A stretch of 51,905 nt of DNA from a virus (IMGVR_UViG_3300021142_000042:1-51905); one strand, 5' to 3'; shown: positions 1 through 9,278, numbered from the stretch's first letter. A program made the numbers and translations. Notes: generated from the sequence alone by a model not told the origin.

Positions 1-86
1 GCGCCGTGAGCCCCATGCAGCCGTCGAGGTAGATGGAGCCGCCGACGCTCAGGCCATCGGGCAGCGCCGTGAGCCCCGTGCAGCCG
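1..86. repeat. Terminal direct repeat / circular assembly overlap (1-86 = 51820-51905)
   Basis: The first 86 nt match the last 86 nt, including the unique 'ccccatgcag' repeat variant. Joining them restores one open reading frame. Confidence 0.95.
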
Positions 87-295
87 TCGAGGTAGATGGA
101 GCCGCCGACGCTCAGGCCATCGGGCAGCGCCGTGAGCCCCGTGCAGCCGTTGAGGCAGAGGTAGCCGCCGACGCTCAGGCCATCGGGCAGCGCCGTGAGC
201 CCCGTGCAGCCGGCGAGGTAGAGGGGGCCGCCGACGCTCAGGCCATCGGGCAGCGCCGTGAGCTCCGTGCAGCCGTTGAGGCAGAGGTAGCCATC
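1..295. repeat. 63-bp coding tandem repeat (about 6 units counting the copy at the window end)
   Basis: The unit gccgccgacgctcaggccatcgggcagcgccgtgagccccgtgcagccg... recurs every 63 nt. Confidence 0.95.
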
Positions 296-376
296 AACTT
301 TGCACCCAGTCATCGTCGCGAACTTTGCGAACGAGACTCGCTTGCCGTTGATCATCACAGTCTTTTTCGTAGCCAT
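1..376 (-). CDS. Leucine-rich-repeat protein, 5' part (159 aa when joined across the junction to 51716-51819)
   Basis: ATG at 376 after GAGGGTG. Reads MATKKTVMINGKRVSF..., then 21-aa repeats LTALPDGLSVGGxxxLxGCTG. Missing from the ORF track because it crosses the contig end. 376+104 nt = 480 nt, in frame. Confidence 0.88.
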   Translation of the reverse strand, partial: MATKKTVMINGKRVSFAKFATMTGCKVDGYLCLNGCTELTALPDGLSVGGPLYLAGCTGLTALPDGLSVGGYLCLNGCTGLTALPDGLSVGGSIYLDGCTGLTALPDGLSVGGSIYLDGCMGLTA

Positions 377-462
377 CACACCCTCTCGCGCTTCTCGCGC
401 TCTGTCGTTGGTCGCGCGTCCACCTTTCAAGGCGGCAGGGCTTGAACCCGCGCGGGTTGGCG

Positions 463-1908
463 CTAAATCAGCGCGGCTTGCACCGGCTTGGCGCGCACGC
501 GGCCATCGTCGATGATCACCGCGCCTTCGTCGCCGTCGCCCACGCGCTCAATCCAGAGTTGCGTTCCGGACGCCTCTGCCATCTCCGCCACCATCGCCAT
601 GCTGCGGCGGTCCAAGAGCGAGGCGTCACGCACCAGGACAACCCGCAGTTGCGGATTCATCGCCTGCGCAATCGCCATGCTGACACGGATCTGCTCGGCT
701 TGGCTCGCCTGCGACAGCGGGATCGCGTAGAACGTCACTTCACCTTCGTCGCCGAATCCGAGTCCGGCGATCGGATACACAGCGGCAGCAATCCGCTTGA
801 CGCGCTCCGAATCGATGGTCGCGATTTCGTCGCTCATGGCCTTGTACTTGCTAGCGAGCGTGAGCAACTTGTCGTGCGCCGCCTTGCGCTGGGCATTGGC
901 GCGGACCTTGGCGTTCGTGGCGTCCACGTTCGCCGCCTTGGCGCGGATCGCTTCCACGTCCGGCAACTTCACGGCATCTGCGGCGCGCAGGTTCTCGGCG
1001 GCAGTGGCGCGGCTGGCTTTGGCTTTGGCATCGTTGTTGTCGATGCGCAGTTTCAGGTCCGCTTTTTTCGCCTCGCACTCGCCTTGAATCCGCGTCGCCT
1101 CTGCCAGTTTGCGCACCTTCAACTCGTCGATCTGGCGGTCAAACTCGGCATTGCTGCGCTCGATTTGCTTTGCCGTTTCGATGGCGTAGAGATCGGCGCG
1201 CCGTTCGCCAGCGCGCACATCGCAGGCGTCCGCTTCCGCTTCTAGCCGCTGCGCGTCTGCCCGCAGGTTGTCCACCGTGCGCGCCAACTCCGTCGCCTCG
1301 GTCAACTCCGTCAGCACTTCGCCCGCAGACAACTCCGCTTCTGGCACGTCCAGATGCTCTTGCGGCAACACCTTGCACGCACCGTCCTGTGCATCGCGGT
1401 CGCGGCCCGTCTGCAGCCGTTGCGCGTACAGCAGGGCGCGGCGCGAATCCAGGTCCGACACGTCGACCCCGACCAACCGCCGCAGCGTCTCCGCCTGCTC
1501 CTTCTCCGCCTGCTCCTTCTCCGCCAGCCGCGTGAACGCCAGCGGGTCAAACGACAGTTTGCCGATCCGCTCGTTCAACCACTCTTGCGGGCGCGGAACG
1601 ATCATGCCTTCGCGCGTCGTGACCTTGAGCGTGAAAACGTCGTCTCCACCTTCCTTGGCTGACTTTTTGACCTCGCTGGCGATCTTGAAATCGCCACAGT
1701 CAATGAACACTTCGCTCTTGTCGGCACCTTCGCGGATCGGCTTGGACGGCATAGCGCCTTTGCCACCAAACGCGCCGGCAATCGCATCCAGCACGCTCGA
1801 CTTGCCCTGCGCGTTGTCGCCGCCGAGGATCACGACGCTACCGTCCGGCTTGATTTCCGCACGCTCGATGCGCTTGAAGTTGTGGACGCTGAGAGAGAGA
1901 ACTTTCAT
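463..1908 (-). CDS. SMC/Rad50(SbcC)-like ABC-type ATPase with coiled coil
   Basis: N-terminal LSVHNFKRI, Walker A GDNAQGKSS, long coiled coil, signature-like LSQASQAEQ, Walker B/D-loop VVLVRDASLLD. Confidence 0.88.
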   Translation of the reverse strand: MKVLSLSVHNFKRIERAEIKPDGSVVILGGDNAQGKSSVLDAIAGAFGGKGAMPSKPIREGADKSEVFIDCGDFKIASEVKKSAKEGGDDVFTLKVTTREGMIVPRPQEWLNERIGKLSFDPLAFTRLAEKEQAEKEQAETLRRLVGVDVSDLDSRRALLYAQRLQTGRDRDAQDGACKVLPQEHLDVPEAELSAGEVLTELTEATELARTVDNLRADAQRLEAEADACDVRAGERRADLYAIETAKQIERSNAEFDRQIDELKVRKLAEATRIQGECEAKKADLKLRIDNNDAKAKASRATAAENLRAADAVKLPDVEAIRAKAANVDATNAKVRANAQRKAAHDKLLTLASKYKAMSDEIATIDSERVKRIAAAVYPIAGLGFGDEGEVTFYAIPLSQASQAEQIRVSMAIAQAMNPQLRVVLVRDASLLDRRSMAMVAEMAEASGTQLWIERVGDGDEGAVIIDDGRVRAKPVQAALI

Positions 1909-1941
1909 GATTGCACCGTGTTTGCCTTGCGGCGGTTAGAG

Positions 1942-2913
1942 TTACAGGGGCTTGTCGTCTTCGGAGCACACCTTGCACACCGCGGATTTCGTGTCGGACC
2001 ATGTGAACGGCTTGGCGCACTGGACGCAGATAGCCGGCGCGCGCCCCGCCAGAACGTCAGCGCTGGGCTGTGCCGCGTCCCTCCCGTCGTCGCCGTGCAA
2101 CTCCGCGTCTTGGACCTGCGCGGCTTCTGCGGGCTTGGGGGTGCGCTTGGCCAGCCACTCGTCAAACTGCTTGCGCGGCGGCGTGCCAGCGGCCAGCCCG
2201 GTCAGCAGGTCGCGGCGCTGGGATTCGCTGCGGTCGCGCGGCAGCGTCTTTTTGTACGCGCCCAGCCACGCCTTCACGTCCTCGTATTTGCAGCCGAGTT
2301 CGGTCAACCGCGCCATGAACGCCTTGCGATCGTTGTCCAGCCACTCAGCCACAGGCAACGACTCGGCAATCAGCGCCACGGGCGCGGAGATCGGAGCGCC
2401 GCCGCCGTCCACTTCCGCGCCCAATTCCTCGGGCGTGTAGTGGATGCCGTTCAACGCCTCCTCGCAGGCCATGCGGGCACACTCGGTAATCGCGCGGCTC
2501 TTGAGCATCGACGCCGGGAAGTTTTTCCAGGTCGGGTTTCCGGTCAAGCCAGCCTGCCGCGCGCGGTCCATCGTCCACGTCGCCGTGAACTTGAACTCGG
2601 GATCGTCTGCGCGCACGATCTCCGCCATCGCGCTGTTGTCCGTCGCCGTCACGCGCAGTTTATGCCCCGCGCGCCGCACCAGCGCGGAGATCAGGTTGGC
2701 GCTGGCTGTGACTTTGCCCTTGATGACGTGGATCCCGTTGATCGCGGTAATCGGCGGGATTCCCAGCGCCTCGCCGAACTCGATCGCCCAGATCACATTG
2801 CCGGGGTTGCGCTTGAACGCGTCCGGCAGCAGGTCGGACTTCGCCAGCGTCTCCGCGTAGGCGAGTTTGGAAGCGAGCGCGTTGCCGCCGCCGATGGTTA
2901 TTTCGTTTGCCAT
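1942..2913 (-). CDS. RecT-like ssDNA-annealing recombinase with C-terminal CxxC..CxxC
   Basis: LAKSDLLPDAF..NPGNV..AIEFGEALGIPP..AINGIHVIKGK and WKNFPASMLKSRA are typical of phage RecT-like proteins. Adjacent to a RecE-like exonuclease. Confidence 0.8.
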   Translation of the reverse strand: MANEITIGGGNALASKLAYAETLAKSDLLPDAFKRNPGNVIWAIEFGEALGIPPITAINGIHVIKGKVTASANLISALVRRAGHKLRVTATDNSAMAEIVRADDPEFKFTATWTMDRARQAGLTGNPTWKNFPASMLKSRAITECARMACEEALNGIHYTPEELGAEVDGGGAPISAPVALIAESLPVAEWLDNDRKAFMARLTELGCKYEDVKAWLGAYKKTLPRDRSESQRRDLLTGLAAGTPPRKQFDEWLAKRTPKPAEAAQVQDAELHGDDGRDAAQPSADVLAGRAPAICVQCAKPFTWSDTKSAVCKVCSEDDKPL

Positions 2914-2915
2914 GG

Positions 2916-3776
2916 TCAGATCCCCCAAGTGGAAAGGCTGTCGGTTTCGTCATCGGCGGACACCGCGCCCCATTTGGGCAACGACGCGACGACAGTTTTC
3001 TGCGCAACACCAAGCCAACGGCCAGTCACCAGCGCGGCGGCGTAGCGTTTCAGCAGTTTGTCCGCGAGGTCATAGCCCGCCTGCATCATCGCGGCGTCGG
3101 CCTGAATCACCACCACGTCAAACGGTGCCGACGATTCGACAAACACCCAGCCGATCGCGTTCACGTCGATGCCGTTTTTCGCCAGCCCGCGCGTGTAGTA
3201 GCCGAGTTGGCCAAAGTAGGCACGGCGCGCGATTGCCATCACGCAGGCGTTGACGCTGAGGTCGGTCATGCTCGTGCCGATCGACTTGAGATCCCACAGC
3301 AGGCCCAATTTCGTGCAGATCGCATCGGCCTTCATCCGGCAGTCGATCTGCGTCACGACGCCAGCCGCTTCCACACTTTCAGACCAGAACGCCTCATGCT
3401 CGCGCAGATCGGCGGATTCCAGCCAAACGCGCGCGTCATCGTGGGCCAGTACGTTCTCGCGGATCGCCTCGCACGTCGCGATTTGCTGCGCCGTCAGGAC
3501 CAGCGCGTCAGGCGCAATGCCTGCGCGCCACGCCTTCGCCTCCTTGCCGGTGGACAGCGCGCCACCAGCGGTCACGAACGCCTCGGGCGCGGTGACAACG
3601 GACGCGACGAACCGCTCCGGTTCCAGAACGGCCAAGTGAATCGCCGTCCCCAACTCCATCGCCGCAGTCGCCGGTTTGTTGCCATCCACGATGACCTGGC
3701 GCAAGTGCGCGGCGGACGTGGCAGCGGCTTTGAGGCGGCTCCAGTTCATCGCCGGATGATCGTGATAGTTGCTCAT
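2916..3776 (-). CDS. RecE / exonuclease VIII-like PD-(D/E)XK nuclease (DUF3799-like)
   Basis: YHDHPAMNWSRLK, GTAIHLAVLEP, MKAD..LWDLKS, YFGQLGYY, FVESSAPF. Confidence 0.85.
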   Translation of the reverse strand: MSNYHDHPAMNWSRLKAAATSAAHLRQVIVDGNKPATAAMELGTAIHLAVLEPERFVASVVTAPEAFVTAGGALSTGKEAKAWRAGIAPDALVLTAQQIATCEAIRENVLAHDDARVWLESADLREHEAFWSESVEAAGVVTQIDCRMKADAICTKLGLLWDLKSIGTSMTDLSVNACVMAIARRAYFGQLGYYTRGLAKNGIDVNAIGWVFVESSAPFDVVVIQADAAMMQAGYDLADKLLKRYAAALVTGRWLGVAQKTVVASLPKWGAVSADDETDSLSTWGI

Positions 3777-4078
3777 TTCCCCACCTCATCCATCGTCAAA
3801 GTCCGCTTATGCGAATCCCGCCACTTGCGCCCCGCCGCGTCCAGCGACGGAAACTCAGCCACCGCGCGAGCCTTGGCCACGCGGAACCGCAGCGCCGTGC
3901 GCTTGATGCCGAAGTGCGCCGCGATGGTGTCCAGCGTTCCCGCCGTCGCAGCCGTCTCCGTCCAAACTTCCTGCAAGCGCAGGCCGTCCGCGGTCAGCTT
4001 GCCGTTCTCGACCATGTGAACCGGCGATTGCTTGTTTTTCACGCGGTCCCCCTTCCGTTGTTTCTTCTGCTTTGCCAT
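3773..4078 (-). CDS. Small basic protein, probable helix-turn-helix DNA-binding protein
   Basis: ATG 4078 with GGAG RBS. TLDTIAAHFGIKRTALRFRV fits an HTH. First gene after the promoter at 4113-4141. Confidence 0.6.
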   Translation of the reverse strand: MAKQKKQRKGDRVKNKQSPVHMVENGKLTADGLRLQEVWTETAATAGTLDTIAAHFGIKRTALRFRVAKARAVAEFPSLDAAGRKWRDSHKRTLTMDEVGK

Positions 4079-4108
4079 TGTCTTTGCTCCGTTTGCGTTT
4101 GCCGCTGT

Positions 4109-4149
4109 CATGATGTTAGTAGCGTTGGAATCTGCTGTCAAGCATGATG
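4109..4149 (-). promoter_or_regulatory. Sigma70-type early promoter with two CATCATG boxes
   Basis: Minus strand TTGACA (4141-4136), N17, TAACAT (4118-4113). CATCATG boxes at 4109-4115 and 4143-4149. Near-copy at 9321-9360. Confidence 0.75.
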
Positions 4150-4971
4150 CTAAGTGGCATCGAACAAATCGACCTGCATGCCAATTGTAGGCGGAACGAA
4201 AAGCCCGGCCTGCCGCGGCTTCTGCATCCGCCTGACCGATTCGTCGTAGGCTTCCTGCCGGATCTCGCTGCCGATGAACTTGCGCCCCTCGCGGATCGCG
4301 GCGATGCCTGTGCTGCACCAGCCCATACACGGATCGGCTATCGTGTCACCCGGTCGGCTGTAGTCGCGGATCAACTGACGCAAAAGCCAAACAGGCTTGC
4401 CGCCGATTTCGCGCTTTTCTTCCGCCTCGTCCAAACCTTTCGGCATGACATAGCCGCCCGGCAACGCGCCCCACTTGCTGTACGGCTCGCGTCGCGGACG
4501 GGCGACGACGATCCACACGGACCATTGTGCGGGGCCGTCGCCAGTCATGCGGACGCGACTACCAGGCTCAAGAAATGCCAGCGGCGAAAAGACGTAGCGC
4601 CCGCGCTGATCGAGCGCTTCCGCCCAATCCGTCGACAGCAAGTGATCGGTCAGAATGACGATCCAGCCGTCGCAACGCTCCGCCCAAAAGTCGCAGAAGC
4701 CGTCGACCTCGGATCTGCCCCATGCGTCGTAAGTCAGCGACCGACGATGCGCAACGCCAGCCTCGGCTTTGCGGCGGGCGTAGGCGCGATCCTTTTCCTG
4801 TCCGCCCGCGTAGTCTGCGCTCGGAATTGCCGATCCTGAATCGTGCCCCACATGCGTTCGCGCGGAATACGGCGGATCGCAGATCACAGCGGACACGCGC
4901 TCACCCGCCAGCGCCGTCGCGTAGTCGCCGTGGTGCAGCGTCCAGTCAGCCCCGGTGGCGATGCGGCTCAT
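4150..4971 (-). CDS. Beta-class N4-C/N6-A DNA methyltransferase
   Basis: Motif IV DPPY near the N-terminus. KPVWLLRQLI..YSRPGDTIADPCMGWCSTG..A..GRKFIGSEI (motif I region) near the C-terminus. Confidence 0.85.
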   Translation of the reverse strand: MSRIATGADWTLHHGDYATALAGERVSAVICDPPYSARTHVGHDSGSAIPSADYAGGQEKDRAYARRKAEAGVAHRRSLTYDAWGRSEVDGFCDFWAERCDGWIVILTDHLLSTDWAEALDQRGRYVFSPLAFLEPGSRVRMTGDGPAQWSVWIVVARPRREPYSKWGALPGGYVMPKGLDEAEEKREIGGKPVWLLRQLIRDYSRPGDTIADPCMGWCSTGIAAIREGRKFIGSEIRQEAYDESVRRMQKPRQAGLFVPPTIGMQVDLFDAT

Positions 4972-5102
4972 TTCGACCTCGCAGGACACTTCTCGCCGAC
5001 AAGCCGCGCCCAATCCACGACGCAGCCGCAGAGGCGGCAGATCGCGGGGATGTGGCTGGACGGGTGATGCGATGGAAGGTGTGATTTTGGCGGGTGTTTC
5101 AT
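4968..5102 (-). CDS. Small Cys/His-rich hypothetical protein
   Basis: ATGA coupling to both neighbours. CRLC...C. Confidence 0.5.
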   Translation of the reverse strand: MKHPPKSHLPSHHPSSHIPAICRLCGCVVDWARLVGEKCPARSK

Positions 5103-5485
5103 TTCACACCCCGCCGCGTCGCTTCCGCCTCGCACCACGCGGCAAACACGCGCCACCCGTCATCGTCGCACTTCCAGCCAACCCAAAACCGCGAGTCGCT
5201 TTCGCGGACCGGCTCGCCAGTGCGGACGAACTCGGCTTGCCGCGCGTCGTCGTGGCGCTGCAATTCCTCGCTGACCTCGCGACCGATCTGCGCGAGCTGA
5301 TGCGGCGTCAGCGCCTCCGAGTAGCGGCGCACGGCGTCCTGAGCGTTACCAGGTGCGGCGGTCATCCTGCCCAAACTGTAGCGCACGGATTGCAGCAGCA
5401 GCGGCCACGCGTCGTAGTGCGACACGGCGATCTGGCCGTCGATGGCGACATAGCGCCGCCCGCGTTTCTCGAAAATCTGGGTCAT
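5099..5485 (-). CDS. Hypothetical phage protein
   Basis: MTQIFEKRGRRY..., start overlaps upstream stop, GGAG RBS. Confidence 0.65.
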   Translation of the reverse strand: MTQIFEKRGRRYVAIDGQIAVSHYDAWPLLLQSVRYSLGRMTAAPGNAQDAVRRYSEALTPHQLAQIGREVSEELQRHDDARQAEFVRTGEPVRESDSRFWVGWKCDDDGWRVFAAWCEAEATRRGVK

Positions 5486-5811
5486 TTCTCCACCTTCACG
5501 CCGTCGCGGGTGAACTCGCACTGCATCGTATCCGCAAAATTCGCGCGGTCCTGTTGCGGCGGGGCGGAAAGGTCGCGCAGGATCGCCGCGCACAACTCTC
5601 GCCCGCCTTGCTTTTCTGCCTGCGATCCTCGCGCGTATTCCGGCACGAAAACGACCGGCGTGGATGCGATGACCTCTTGGCAACACGTCCGCACAAATCG
5701 GACCATTCGCCGCATCGCGTCCCGCTCCGCCGTCACCGCCCGCAGTTCCACCCTGAGCGATTCCACTTCGCTTTCGCGCATCGCCGCCGCTGTCGTGTTC
5801 GTGTCGTTCAT
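5482..5811 (-). CDS. Hypothetical coiled-coil protein (VTAERDA motif)
   Basis: MNDTNTT..., translationally coupled on both sides. Confidence 0.6.
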   Translation of the reverse strand: MNDTNTTAAAMRESEVESLRVELRAVTAERDAMRRMVRFVRTCCQEVIASTPVVFVPEYARGSQAEKQGGRELCAAILRDLSAPPQQDRANFADTMQCEFTRDGVKVEK

Positions 5812-6404
5812 CGGTTTGCCTTCTGCCAAGCCAACTGCTTTGCGCGCACGTCCGTTTCGTTGTCTGGCAGCCACTTGGTCAGCGCGTACAGCAATCGCCC
5901 GCTCGCCTCGGCATCGTTGGCGGCATCGTGCGCCGCGCCGTCGAACTCGATCCCGATCTTCTCGCACAGGTCGGTCAGGCGGTAGCCGCGCTCATACTTG
6001 CCGACGCCACGGATCGCCTTTGCCAGCGCCAGCGAGCACAGCCAATCGCCAGCGATCCACTGCGCAACCGAGCCGTCGCGCACCAGTTCCGCCATCAGAA
6101 ACGGCTGGTCAAACTGCGCGTTGTGGGCACACAGCAGCGCGCTTTGCACCGGCAGCCCGTCGCAGAGGCGCGAGAATGCAGCGCCAAACCGCAGCGCGTC
6201 CGACACCGCGTCATCGCCGATGCCGTGAATCGCTGTCGTCTCCGCGGGGATCGGGATTCCAGGATTCACGAGGATCGCGCGCTTGGCCAGCAACTCGCCG
6301 CCGCGGAAGTGCGCAAGGCCAAGTTGTACCACGCGATCCCGCGTCGGGCTAAGCCCTGTCGTTTCGGTGTCCAACACAATCAGGTCACGTTCATCGAGCC
6401 ACAT
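5808..6404 (-). CDS. DEDDh 3'-5' exonuclease (DnaQ/epsilon-like)
   Basis: Exo I VLDTETTG, Exo II AHNAQFD, Exo III AHDAANDA. Confidence 0.92.
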   Translation of the reverse strand: MWLDERDLIVLDTETTGLSPTRDRVVQLGLAHFRGGELLAKRAILVNPGIPIPAETTAIHGIGDDAVSDALRFGAAFSRLCDGLPVQSALLCAHNAQFDQPFLMAELVRDGSVAQWIAGDWLCSLALAKAIRGVGKYERGYRLTDLCEKIGIEFDGAAHDAANDAEASGRLLYALTKWLPDNETDVRAKQLAWQKANR

Positions 6405-6720
6405 TCTCACCTTCCCGCGCCGCAGCGCCCAAATCGTCACAACCCGCGAGCGCGACCAGTTCCGCAAGCTCGCGCTGCATCCGCAGGTTTTCCGCCCGCA
6501 GCAACTCCAGGTTCCCAGCCATCTCCGCGACCATCAGCCTAAGCGTCGCGTCCGGCGCTTTCGCTACCTTCCACGCCTGATTCGCGTCGCGCCGGTACAC
6601 GTTCGCCTCGCTTCGGATGCGCTCACGCTCGTACTCGGATTGAGCCACGGCAGCACGCAGCAGTTCGCACGACGGGCAATCGCTTTCGTTGCGCAGGCGT
6701 TGGGTTTCGAGGTCGGTCAC
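6391..6720 (-). CDS. Hypothetical protein (CxxC plus coiled coil)
   Basis: Fits the packed leftward operon. CPSC. Confidence 0.55.
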   Translation of the reverse strand: MTDLETQRLRNESDCPSCELLRAAVAQSEYERERIRSEANVYRRDANQAWKVAKAPDATLRLMVAEMAGNLELLRAENLRMQRELAELVALAGCDDLGAAAREGENVAR

Positions 6721-6908
6721 GTCACACCATCCAGCGTTTCCGCATCCAGCATAGCCACATCAAATCCAAGCTCCGGCGGGTCAACGTACTGCACGAACGG
6801 CCCCAGCGCGTAGCACGGCGGCGATTCGTTACTGCCACGGCGGTCAAGCCCATCGCGCTGGACGTGGGCGGCTCCGCACTTGCGGCAGGGTGTGTAATCC
6901 CAACTCAT
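6717..6908 (-). CDS. Small hypothetical protein (CxxC)
   Basis: MSWDYTPCRKCG..., coupled start and stop. Confidence 0.55.
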   Translation of the reverse strand: MSWDYTPCRKCGAAHVQRDGLDRRGSNESPPCYALGPFVQYVDPPELGFDVAMLDAETLDGVT

Positions 6909-7135
6909 CGCGACCACCTTGCCGCGCTGCGGATCTCCGCGTCGCGCTCGCCGTCGGACAGCGACTCCCAACGCGCAACCGCCCGCTCTTCGTCCGCCTC
7001 ACGCTTCAGTTCGTCGCAATCGCAACCGCCATCAAGCCAGAAGGCGCACGCGTCAACGTGCTCGTCATCGTCAGGCGGCTCCATGTCAGGCCCACCGCGC
7101 ATCGCTGCGGGGCTTCCCAACTTGTGCGCGCTCAT
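6905..7135 (-). CDS. Small acidic Cys-containing hypothetical protein
   Basis: Coupled start and stop. HVDACAFWLDGGCDC. Confidence 0.55.
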   Translation of the reverse strand: MSAHKLGSPAAMRGGPDMEPPDDDEHVDACAFWLDGGCDCDELKREADEERAVARWESLSDGERDAEIRSAARWSR

Positions 7136-7467
7136 GGCTTTCCGCCAATGTCGCCGTACCGGCTCGGCATCACGTCGCGGGCAAGCTGCTCACCGATGCT
7201 CGGCGCAGCCCCGTCCATCGCGATGAAGCGGTCGATCTTCGCGTCCAGCGCAAGCACGTCAGCGCAGATGTGCTCAGCCAGTCGCTTGGCCTGGTCCTCG
7301 CTGGCCACGTGCTTGTGCGAGAAGTGGACTTGAAAGCCGGGGACGACCGTGCCGAACGTGGCGTCGGTATGCGGATGCAACACGGAAAAGCGCGGCGCGA
7401 GGTAGTCATCTTCCTTGGCGTTCGCCGTCTCGTGCCAGTCGTTGCGGGTCCAGTTCAGGTTGCTCAT
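7132..7467 (-). CDS. Hypothetical protein
   Basis: GGAGGT RBS, ATGA coupling. Confidence 0.65.
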   Translation of the reverse strand: MSNLNWTRNDWHETANAKEDDYLAPRFSVLHPHTDATFGTVVPGFQVHFSHKHVASEDQAKRLAEHICADVLALDAKIDRFIAMDGAAPSIGEQLARDVMPSRYGDIGGKP

Positions 7468-8036
7468 TTCGTCACCTCCGTTTTCTCAAACCGCTTCGCA
7501 AACTCCGCGCGCTGCTCGGTTGACCAGTCAGGGCACTTCTCCGCCAGAATCTCGACCATCAGGTCATACGGGCGCGGGCACGGAATCGACGGGTCCCACA
7601 ACTCGCGCGACTCAGTGAACACGCAAGCGCGTTCCAGTTTCACGCCTTGATACGGACACGGGCCAGGCGGTGACGCTGCCCAGCGGTCAAACGCGGTCGG
7701 ATCGGGGTGGCACGCTGCATCGTAGGCCATCGCTTTCGCCGTCAGCGCTGGCGACAGTGATCCCCATCTTGCGAGTAGCAGCATCGTCGGCGCGCACAGG
7801 TACGCCCCCGACAGGTCCGCCCCCGACAGGTCCGCCCCCGACAGGTACGCCCGTGACAGGTTCGCCCCCGACAGGTACGCCCGTGACAGGTTCGCCCCCG
7901 ACAGGTACGCCCCCGACAGGTACGCCCGTGACAGGTCCGCCCCCGACAGGTCCGCCCGCTTGCCTTCCGGCGAAAGTCGCAACCACAGACCATGCGATCG
8001 CACGATCTCGTTCAGTTCTTCTTGAGTCATCTTCAT
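7464..8036 (-). CDS. Pentapeptide-repeat protein
   Basis: Phage-typical N-terminus [17 protein letters not shown]...GKRA, then about 11 A(D/Y/N)LS(G/R) repeats from 15-bp tandem repeats at about 7795-7957. Confidence 0.92.
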   Translation of the reverse strand: MKMTQEELNEIVRSHGLWLRLSPEGKRADLSGADLSRAYLSGAYLSGANLSRAYLSGANLSRAYLSGADLSGADLSGAYLCAPTMLLLARWGSLSPALTAKAMAYDAACHPDPTAFDRWAASPPGPCPYQGVKLERACVFTESRELWDPSIPCPRPYDLMVEILAEKCPDWSTEQRAEFAKRFEKTEVTK

Positions 8037-8518
8037 TTGTCACCTCCACAAGCCTTCAGGAACTGCTGGCCCATCGGCGACAGCAGGAACGCGACACCCG
8101 CACCGCATGCGACGAAGATCGCCAACGACCACAGGGCGCGAGAGTCGCTGTTTGGCGCGTCCGCTGCCTCTGTGGCTGGCGCAACGGCGATCGGCGCGGG
8201 AATGGGCGTCTGGACTGTTTGCGGCGGTTCTGGCGCGTTCTGGAGCGTATCCGTCTGCGCCAACCGCTTGCGCTCCACAACGCCGTGATCCCAGGTCAAC
8301 GGGCCGCGCACTGGCCAAGAGCCAGACTTGCCCGCGCCAAACTTCACGGCTGCGATCGGATCGCGCACGCCCTCGCGAATGACCATCAACTCGGCAGGCA
8401 GCGGACGGCAATCGACACACAGTCCAGATTCGCTACGCGTCAACCCGCGGATCGTGGCTTTGTTGTTGCAGAACTCGTGTTTGCAGCGCGTTCGGCTGCG
8501 GTTGCTGTCGGTTCCCAT
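8033..8518 (-). CDS. Zn-finger-like protein with C-terminal transmembrane helix
   Basis: GAGG RBS. CKHEFC...CVDC, a Pro/Ala linker, and hydrophobic [18 protein letters not shown]. Confidence 0.6.
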   Translation of the reverse strand: MGTDSNRSRTRCKHEFCNNKATIRGLTRSESGLCVDCRPLPAELMVIREGVRDPIAAVKFGAGKSGSWPVRGPLTWDHGVVERKRLAQTDTLQNAPEPPQTVQTPIPAPIAVAPATEAADAPNSDSRALWSLAIFVACGAGVAFLLSPMGQQFLKACGGDK

Positions 8519-8564
8519 GTCCTCGTCTCCGTTTGCGCGTTGCAGTCGCGCCATGTTTGCTGTG

Positions 8565-8948
8565 CTACTTGCTCGCTCCGTCGCCACATCCGTCGCCATG
8601 CGAGATAATTGGCCACGGCTCAAGCTCGTTGCCTTCCCCGTCAACAGCCAGCACTGGCGCGCGACGGCGGCATGACCAGCGCGGCCACGTCAACAGCCAC
8701 TTCCGTCCAAGCGATTCCGCGTGTTCCTTGCGGTCAAACGCGAACCGGCAAGAGTCGCACTCGGTCAGCGCGGGCGGCTCAGCGTGTTGCGCCATCGCGA
8801 TCGACAAGTCCTGAACGTGCATGGCCATTTGCCGGACGTAATCACCAAACGTTTCGGCGCCTCGGTTGATCTCGCTGGCAGCGTCGCGCATGGCGTAACC
8901 GGCCGATTGCACACTGTCAGCGCCAATCAAGTGCATGTATTCAGTCAT
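8565..8948 (-). CDS. Hypothetical protein
   Basis: AGGAGAG RBS. CDSC...CRRRAP...WP motif. Confidence 0.65.
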   Translation of the reverse strand: MTEYMHLIGADSVQSAGYAMRDAASEINRGAETFGDYVRQMAMHVQDLSIAMAQHAEPPALTECDSCRFAFDRKEHAESLGRKWLLTWPRWSCRRRAPVLAVDGEGNELEPWPIISHGDGCGDGASK

Positions 8949-8984
8949 GTGTCTCTCCTCGCGGGTTGGTTCGCTGTGGGGCGG

Positions 8985-9278
8985 TTAGGCGGTGCGATTC
9001 CAGAGTTGCGCGCGAATAGCCTTGTGACGAGCGATCTCGTCTGCGATCCGCCTGTGCATGGCCGCAGCGGCGGAGTCGTAGGAGTCACCCGCGTCGCCGT
9101 CGCCGTCATTGCCTTGCGTCCACAGCAGAAACTTGCGGTCGTTGCCGTGCGTCACGGTCGCGCCGTCGCCCAAAAACGCGACGCACATTGCCGCATCTTC
9201 CGCCGCGTGCGTTTGCATCCGCATTGCCCCGTCGCTGCCGCGCACCTTGAACTGCATCCGCTCGCTCGTGATTGCCAT
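8985..9278 (-). CDS. Hypothetical protein, first gene of an early transcript
   Basis: GGAG RBS, directly downstream of the promoter at 9325-9352. Confidence 0.7.
   Translation of the reverse strand: MAITSERMQFKVRGSDGAMRMQTHAAEDAAMCVAFLGDGATVTHGNDRKFLLWTQGNDGDGDAGDSYDSAAAAMHRRIADEIARHKAIRAQLWNRTA

Noticed and set aside
1-295. 63-bp repeats as a CRISPR array
   Set aside because: Units are contiguous with no unique spacers, keep frame, and encode an LRR. No cas genes seen.
426-458. Palindrome AACCCGCGCGGGTT and TTCAAG/CTTGAA inverted repeat upstream of the LRR gene
   Set aside because: Single occurrence in GC-rich DNA with no second copy noticed, so function cannot be supported.
1488-1524. 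15-bp duplication (AEKEQ x2) in the ATPase
   Set aside because: A simple in-frame slippage duplication with no evident significance.
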